From positions 1 through 11,897 of the forward strand of contig JBGAOA010000094.1 of the NCBI GenBank assembly GCA_044222065.1: a DNA stretch of 11,897 nucleotides, read 5' to 3'. The notes below the pieces were generated by a model that worked only from the letters and a program-made list of their open reading frames with translations, was not told where the DNA came from and searched no databases. The position numbers and the translations under genes were made by a program. Shown in pieces: positions 1 through 4,751 of the stretch. The number at the start of each line of letters is the position of its first letter. The stretch's first letter is position 1. This stretch comes from Candidatus Eiseniibacteriota bacterium (lineage in GTDB: Bacteria; Eisenbacteria; RBG-16-71-46).

Positions 1-394
1 CGCGCTCCCAGGCGAACGGCGCCGGGCCCGCGAGCGGGGCCGGCAGCGCGGTTTCGCCGCCCGGCGCCTCGTCGAGCAGCACGATCGTCTCGATGCCGCT
101 CTCACCATAGACGTCGGCGCCGTCGCGGATCGCGCGCGGGGCGACGAGGCTCACGCGCACCGTCAGCGCGTCCCCCGCGTCCACGTAGACTGCTAGGATA
201 TTGCCCGCGCTTTCGAGCGGCGTCGCGTCCGCGCGCACGCGGCCGAGCGCGACGAGCGTGGAGCGGTCCCAGGCGCGCGCGTCCGACAGCAGCCGGGCGG
301 CGCGGGACGAGGGGACGGGAGCGGCGATCGACGCGGTCGCGAGCGCCAGCGCTCCGGTGACGAAGGCGAACGAGGACGGCCACGGGCGCGGCAT
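1..394 (-). CDS. Secreted protein, N-terminal 131 codons only (continues past left edge); possible degenerate DOMON-like/carbohydrate-active enzyme N-terminus
   Basis: Read by hand: ATG at 394-392 preceded by GGAGGG Shine-Dalgarno; open to the window edge: MPRPWPSSFAFVTGALALATASIAAPVPSSRAARLLSDARAWDRSTLVALGRVRADATPLESAGNILAVYVDAGDALTVRVSLVAP...GIETIVLLDEAPGGETALPAPLAGPAPFAWER. Hydrophobic signal-peptide-like start, G/C-ending codons, good sigma70 promoter upstream. The product guess is weak. Confidence 0.8.
   Translation of the reverse strand, partial: MPRPWPSSFAFVTGALALATASIAAPVPSSRAARLLSDARAWDRSTLVALGRVRADATPLESAGNILAVYVDAGDALTVRVSLVAPRAIRDGADVYGESGIETIVLLDEAPGGETALPAPLAGPAPFAWER
191..199 (+). 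promoter_or_regulatory. Candidate extended -10 promoter (TGcTAGGAT) inside gene 1, pointing toward the amylase gene
   Basis: TG-n-TAGGAT at 191-199 matches TGnTAnnnT. It coincides with rare codons (AAT, CTA, GCA) in the opposite-strand gene. No convincing -35. Confidence 0.35.
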
Positions 395-425
395 GACGAC
401 GACCCTCCGGGGAAGGATGGCGGGA

Positions 426-3400
426 GTGCGCACGAGCGAGAGGGAACGCCGGAAGTTTATCGGCGGCTCCGAAGAGGGTCAACGATCGCCGCGGATTCCG
501 CGCCTGCGCCGCGCGTCGCTGCTCGCGTGCCTCTGCGCCGCGTGGTCGCTCGCTTCCGCCGACGCGGCTCACGCGCTGACGCCGTCGCCGTCCGACTGGC
601 GAGACCTCGTGCTCTACCAGGTCGTGACCGACCGCTTCGCGAACGGCGACGGCGCGAACGACGCCGTCGAAGGCAACTACGCGCCGTCCGACGGCGCGAA
701 GAACCACGGCGGCGACTTCGCCGGACTCGTGTCGAAGCTCGACTACCTGCAGCAGCTCGGCGTGGACGGCGTGTGGATCTCGCCCGTCGTGCTGAACGCG
801 AACGCCGAGTACCACGGCTACGCCGCGCGCGACTTCTACGCGATCGCGCCGCACTTCGGCTCGCTCGCCGAACTGCAGTCGCTCGTCGCCGCGTGCCACG
901 CGCGCGGCCTCGTCGTGATCCTCGACGTGGTCGTGAATCACATGGGCGACCTCATCGACAGCGGCGACCCGGGCTACGCGAACTACAAGTACCCGGGCAC
1001 GTACAACCTGCGGTGGCGGAACGGCTCGAAGCGGCACGCGGGCTTCTTCGACGACCTCACGCGCTTCCATGCGCACGGCTCGATCGGGAACTTCACCGAC
1101 CCCGAGCAGATCGTCGGCGAACTGTTCGGGCTCGACGACCTGAAGACCGAGGACGCGGCGGTGCGCGCCGAGCTGATCGCGGCGAGCGAGTGGATCATCG
1201 ACCAGACGGACTGCGACGGGTTCCGCATCGACACCGTGAAGCACGTCGAGATGTCGTTCTGGAGCGCGTGGGCGCCGGCGGTGCACGCGCACGCGGCGAG
1301 CGTCGGCAAGTCGTCGTTCTTCGTCTTCGGCGAGGCCTTCGACGGCTCCGACGGCACGGTCGGCAGCTACACGGGCACGATGGGTGGCGGCGCGTACAAG
1401 TTCGACTCGATGCTCTGGTACCCGATGTACTACACGACGCAGGGCGTGTTCCGCTGGGCCGACACGTCGCCCTCCGACCTCGCGGCGCGCAACGCCGCGC
1501 TCGGCCTGTACGACGCGACGTCGCGCGAGCGGCTCGTCACGTTCCTCGACAACCACGACAACGCGCGCTTCCTCGCCTACCAGGGCCCCGCGGACGGCGA
1601 CGAGGGCAAGCTGCGCGCGGCGCTCGCCTGGCAGCTCACCTCGCGCGGCGTGCCGATGCTCTACTACGGCATCGAGCAGGCGTTCGACGGCGGCGGCGAT
1701 CCCTACAACCGCGAGGACATGTGGGACGGCGCGTGGGACTTCGGGCCTTCGGACGGCGACAACTTCGACGAGACGCAGCCGCTCTTCCGCTGGGTGCGCA
1801 CGCTCGTGGAGGTGCGGCGCGCCCACGAGGCGCTGCGCCGCGGCACGACGACCGAGCGCTACGTCGAAACCGCGGGGCCGGGCCTGTACGTGTTCGAGCG
1901 CCGCACGGCGAGCGACACGGTGCTCGTCGCGCTCAACACCTCGAACGCGCCGCTCGCGCGTCCGGGTGTCGCGACCTCGGGGCCCGGGGGGCCGCCGCTC
2001 GCGGACGCGCTCGCCGCGCCGACGCTCGCGAGCGCCGGCGCGGGGGGCGCGCTCGACGTCGAAGTGCCCGCGCGCGGCGCGCGGGTCTACGAGTCGGCCG
2101 CGGCGCGCGCGGCGAGAGCGCCGTTCTCGCGCCTGCACGTCACGGCGATCGCGCCCGGCCACGACCAGCGCACGAACGACCGCTGGTCGCCGCTGCGGAT
2201 CGCGTTCGACCGCGACGTGCGCCCCGAGGCCGTCGAGGCGGCGCTCGCGATCGTGCCCGCCGCGCTCGGCGTCGTGCAGGTCGAGGGCCGCGAGGCGCGC
2301 TTCTTCCCGTCGGTGCCGTGGGCCACGAACGTGACCTACCGCTGGTCGCTCGCCGCCACGCTCCAATCCGACGACGGCGCGCCGCTCGCCGCGCGCTTCG
2401 AGGCGCAGTTCACGGCCGGCGGCGTCGCGAGCGGCGTCACCCTGCCGGCCGGCTACGTCGCCGATCGCATCGCGCAGCAGGGGCTCGTCGCGCCCGAGGG
2501 CATCGCGAACGCGCCCGCGCTCGGCGCGCTGGCGCTGCTCGTCACCGACACGGGCAAGGACCGCGCGCTCACGCTCACGAGCGGCGGAGACCTCGGGCAC
2601 TGGCTCGGCGATTCGCGCTGGTCCGCGCCCGAGGGGCTGTGCGTCGACGCGGACGGGACGCTCTCGATCGTGGACGACAACGGCGTGTTCGAGGCCGGGC
2701 CCGATCGCATCACCGCGGCGCTCACGACCGGCAACAGCGCGACGCAGACGGGCGCGATCGCGCGCGGGCCCGCGGCGTTCGGTGGCCTGCGCTACCTGTG
2801 CGACCCGGTCGGCAACCGCGTGCTGCGGCTCAGCGCCTCGAACGTGCTCGAGACGTTCGCGAGCGGCGTGAGCGGGCCCGAGGGGCTCGCGTTCGGTCCG
2901 GGCGGCGCGTGGGGCTCCGACCTCTACGTCGCGGACGCGAACCTGACGAGCGCGGGCGGGATCGCCGACGGTGCGAGCCGCATCTGCCGCGTCACTTCGG
3001 CCGGCGCGATCTCGACGTTCGTCCAGAACACGACGCTGCTGCGCGGCGCGTGCGGGCTCGCGTTCGATCCGACCGGCGACTTCGGCGGACACCTGTACGT
3101 CGCGGACGTGCTCGGCGAGCGCATCCTGCAGGTGACGAGCGCCGGCGCCGTGAGCGTGTTCGCGAGCGGGTTCAAGAACCTCGCGGGCTCGCACGCGCTC
3201 GCGTTCGGCCCGGACGGCGCGCTCTACGTCGCGGATCCGGGCTCGGGCACGTCGTTCACGAACTCGGCGGGCACGAACGCGCCGCAGGTCGTGCGCATCG
3301 CGCGCGCGGTCCTGACGCTCGATGCGCCGGAACGCGGCGACGGCGGCGCGCGGCTCGACGCGCCCGCGCCGAGCCCGTCACGCGGCGACGTGACGCTGCG

Positions 3401-3620
3401 CTTCGGTCTGCCGCGCGCCTCGTGGGCGGCGCTTGAGTTGTTCGATCCCGCGGGGCGCCGCGTGCGCACGCTCGCGCGCGGGCGCTTCGAGGCGGGCGAA
3501 CGCGCGTTCACCTGGAACCGCGCCGACGACCGCGGCGCGCGCGTCGCGCCGGGCCTCTACTTCGCGCGGCTCACCTGGGACGGCGGCACGCGCGTGCGGC
3601 GGATCGTCACGCTCGAGTGA
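426..3620 (+). CDS. Secreted GH13 alpha-amylase-family glycoside hydrolase with Big_5-like Ig domain, NHL-type beta-propeller and FlgD-Ig/T9SS-type-A-like CTD (start uncertain: GTG426, ATG417 or ATT495)
   Basis: Signal peptide RRASLLACLCAAWSLASADAAHA. GH13 motifs: DWRDLVLYQVVTDRFANGD, GGDFAGLVSKLDYLQQLGVDGVWISPV, YHGY, region I DVVVNH, region II GFRIDTVKH (Asp codon 1230-1232), region III GEAF (Glu 1332-1334), region IV FLDNHD (Asp 1557-1559). Ig-like domain ~2131-2420, propeller repeats ~2434-3305 (PEGLAFGPGG, ALAFGPDGALYVAD), CTD ~3315-3617. The TTG at 201 in the ORF track lies inside gene 1 and is unlikely to be the start. Confidence 0.93.
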   Translation: MRTSERERRKFIGGSEEGQRSPRIPRLRRASLLACLCAAWSLASADAAHALTPSPSDWRDLVLYQVVTDRFANGDGANDAVEGNYAPSDGAKNHGGDFAGLVSKLDYLQQLGVDGVWISPVVLNANAEYHGYAARDFYAIAPHFGSLAELQSLVAACHARGLVVILDVVVNHMGDLIDSGDPGYANYKYPGTYNLRWRNGSKRHAGFFDDLTRFHAHGSIGNFTDPEQIVGELFGLDDLKTEDAAVRAELIAASEWIIDQTDCDGFRIDTVKHVEMSFWSAWAPAVHAHAASVGKSSFFVFGEAFDGSDGTVGSYTGTMGGGAYKFDSMLWYPMYYTTQGVFRWADTSPSDLAARNAALGLYDATSRERLVTFLDNHDNARFLAYQGPADGDEGKLRAALAWQLTSRGVPMLYYGIEQAFDGGGDPYNREDMWDGAWDFGPSDGDNFDETQPLFRWVRTLVEVRRAHEALRRGTTTERYVETAGPGLYVFERRTASDTVLVALNTSNAPLARPGVATSGPGGPPLADALAAPTLASAGAGGALDVEVPARGARVYESAAARAARAPFSRLHVTAIAPGHDQRTNDRWSPLRIAFDRDVRPEAVEAALAIVPAALGVVQVEGREARFFPSVPWATNVTYRWSLAATLQSDDGAPLAARFEAQFTAGGVASGVTLPAGYVADRIAQQGLVAPEGIANAPALGALALLVTDTGKDRALTLTSGGDLGHWLGDSRWSAPEGLCVDADGTLSIVDDNGVFEAGPDRITAALTTGNSATQTGAIARGPAAFGGLRYLCDPVGNRVLRLSASNVLETFASGVSGPEGLAFGPGGAWGSDLYVADANLTSAGGIADGASRICRVTSAGAISTFVQNTTLLRGACGLAFDPTGDFGGHLYVADVLGERILQVTSAGAVSVFASGFKNLAGSHALAFGPDGALYVADPGSGTSFTNSAGTNAPQVVRIARAVLTLDAPERGDGGARLDAPAPSPSRGDVTLRFGLPRASWAALELFDPAGRRVRTLARGRFEAGERAFTWNRADDRGARVAPGLYFARLTWDGGTRVRRIVTLE
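454..482 (-). promoter_or_regulatory. sigma70-type promoter for gene 1: TTGACC-17 bp-TAAACT
   Basis: Minus strand: -35 TTGACC (482-477), 17-nt spacer, -10 TAAACT (459-454). Predicted start near 447 gives a ~50-nt leader containing the GGAGG SD of gene 1. AT-rich island in a GC-rich background. Confidence 0.7.
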
Positions 3621-4476
3621 TCCGCACGCCGTCGCTCGACGGCCGGAACGCGAGCAGCTGCGCCGTCACCGGGCCTCCGGCCGGCTCGCACTCCGCGTAG
3701 TGGGCGACGTCGAGCGTCGGGAACGCCGAGGCGAGTTCCCCGGGCTCGAGCAGGAAGCGCGGCCGGTGCGGAGGGCCGAAGCGCGATTGCCCGACGAGAA
3801 AGGTCTCGAACACGAGCGCGCCGCCAGGGCGGAGCGCTCGCGCGATCGCGGGGAACAGCGGACGGTGGAGATAGCGGAAGCACGCGACCACGTCGTAGCG
3901 CGCCTCGGGCAGCGTCGCGTCGCCGGCCTCGAGGTCGCGCTCGACGGTCTCGACGCGCACGCCGTGACGCGCCGCGAGCGCCGCCGCGCGGGCGAGCGCC
4001 TCGCCCGCGCGATCCCACGCCTCGACCTGGAAGCCGTGGAGCGCGAGGAACACGGCCTCGCGCCCCGAGCCCGCCGCGAGGTCGAGCGCGCGGCCGCGCG
4101 GGAGCCGCTCGATGCAGCGCTCGAGGAACGGCGCGGGGCTCCAGAGGCGCGTTGCGGCGGACCGCGATTCGAGGCCGCCGGGGAGCGAGTCGAGCGGAGC
4201 ATCGAGCCACGCCACGTCCCGGAATCCGCGCTCCGCGAGATCCTCGGCCGCGCGGCGCGCCGCATCCGGATCGTCCGCCACGACGACGACGGGCACCTCG
4301 CGCGCCGGCAGCTCCGCACGCCGCTCGACGAATGCATCGAACGGCACGTGTCCCGCGCCCGCGAAGTGACCGGCCGCGAAGCGCGCGTCGTCGCGAACGT
4401 CGAGCACGCGCCGCCGGACGGCTTCGTGCGCGAACGTCGCGAGCGAGAGCGGCGCGGGGGCGAACGGCGCGTTCAC
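3607..4476 (-). CDS. Rhodanese-like domain (no catalytic Cys) fused to class I SAM-dependent methyltransferase, TehB-like; 289 aa
   Basis: N-terminal VLDVRDDARFAAGHFAGAGHVP ... LAERGFRDVAWL is the rhodanese fold signature. C-terminal RALDLAAGSGREAVFLA (SAM motif I), VEAWD, YDVVACFRYLHRPLF, ALRPGGALVFETF. GTG start. Its 3' end overlaps the amylase 3' end by 14 bp. Confidence 0.88.
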   Translation of the reverse strand: MNAPFAPAPLSLATFAHEAVRRRVLDVRDDARFAAGHFAGAGHVPFDAFVERRAELPAREVPVVVVADDPDAARRAAEDLAERGFRDVAWLDAPLDSLPGGLESRSAATRLWSPAPFLERCIERLPRGRALDLAAGSGREAVFLALHGFQVEAWDRAGEALARAAALAARHGVRVETVERDLEAGDATLPEARYDVVACFRYLHRPLFPAIARALRPGGALVFETFLVGQSRFGPPHRPRFLLEPGELASAFPTLDVAHYAECEPAGGPVTAQLLAFRPSSDGVRITRA

Positions 4477-4517
4477 GCGCGTGGCATCCGGCGGAGAGCG
4501 TGTCGCATCATCGCGCC

Positions 4518-4546
4518 ACCTTCCGCAGCGTGACGGGCGGCGTCAA
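4518..4546 (-). promoter_or_regulatory. Candidate sigma70-type promoter for the rhodanese-methyltransferase: TTGACG-17 bp-GAAGGT
   Basis: Near-consensus -35 TTGACG (4546-4541), exact 17-nt spacer, weak -10 GAAGGT (4523-4518) retaining the conserved A2 and T6 positions. Confidence 0.35.
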
Positions 4547-4574
4547 GCGCGGCGCGGCGCGGCGGCATTTCGGC

Positions 4575-4604
4575 GTGGCGCGCGCCGAGCGGCGCCGCTA
4601 CGAT
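4575..4604 (+). promoter_or_regulatory. Candidate sigma70-type promoter for the alpha/beta-hydrolase: GTGGCG-18 bp-TACGAT
   Basis: TACGAT at 4599-4604 is a good -10 in the divergent intergenic region. The -35 (GTGGCG 4575-4580) is weak. Implies a ~140-nt 5' leader before ATG 4752. Confidence 0.45.
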
Positions 4605-4751
4605 TCCGGCGCGCTGCGATGCCTCTCACTCCCGCCCGCGGCCGTTCGCGGATGCGGTCCCTCGGTGCGTCGCCCGCACGCGCTCGTCCATCGTGCTCTC
4701 GCGCGCCCACACAGGGCGCCGCGATCGCCCGTTCGATCCTCTCCAGGACCC

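Noticed and set aside
444..464. Tat-like motif ERRKFIG in the extended amylase N-terminus
   Set aside because: It is followed by about 20 polar residues rather than a hydrophobic region, and it is explained by the opposite-strand promoter sequence.
102..3194. 1030-aa minus-strand ORF and 969-aa plus-strand alternative-frame ORF (527-3436) over the amylase
   Set aside because: Arg/Ala-rich, no recognisable motifs, and fully overlapping a clear GH13 gene. These are typical stop-poor shadow frames of high-GC DNA.
4547..4561. (GCGCG)x3 tandem repeat between divergent promoters
   Set aside because: Too short and expected by chance at this GC content. No evidence of phase variation.
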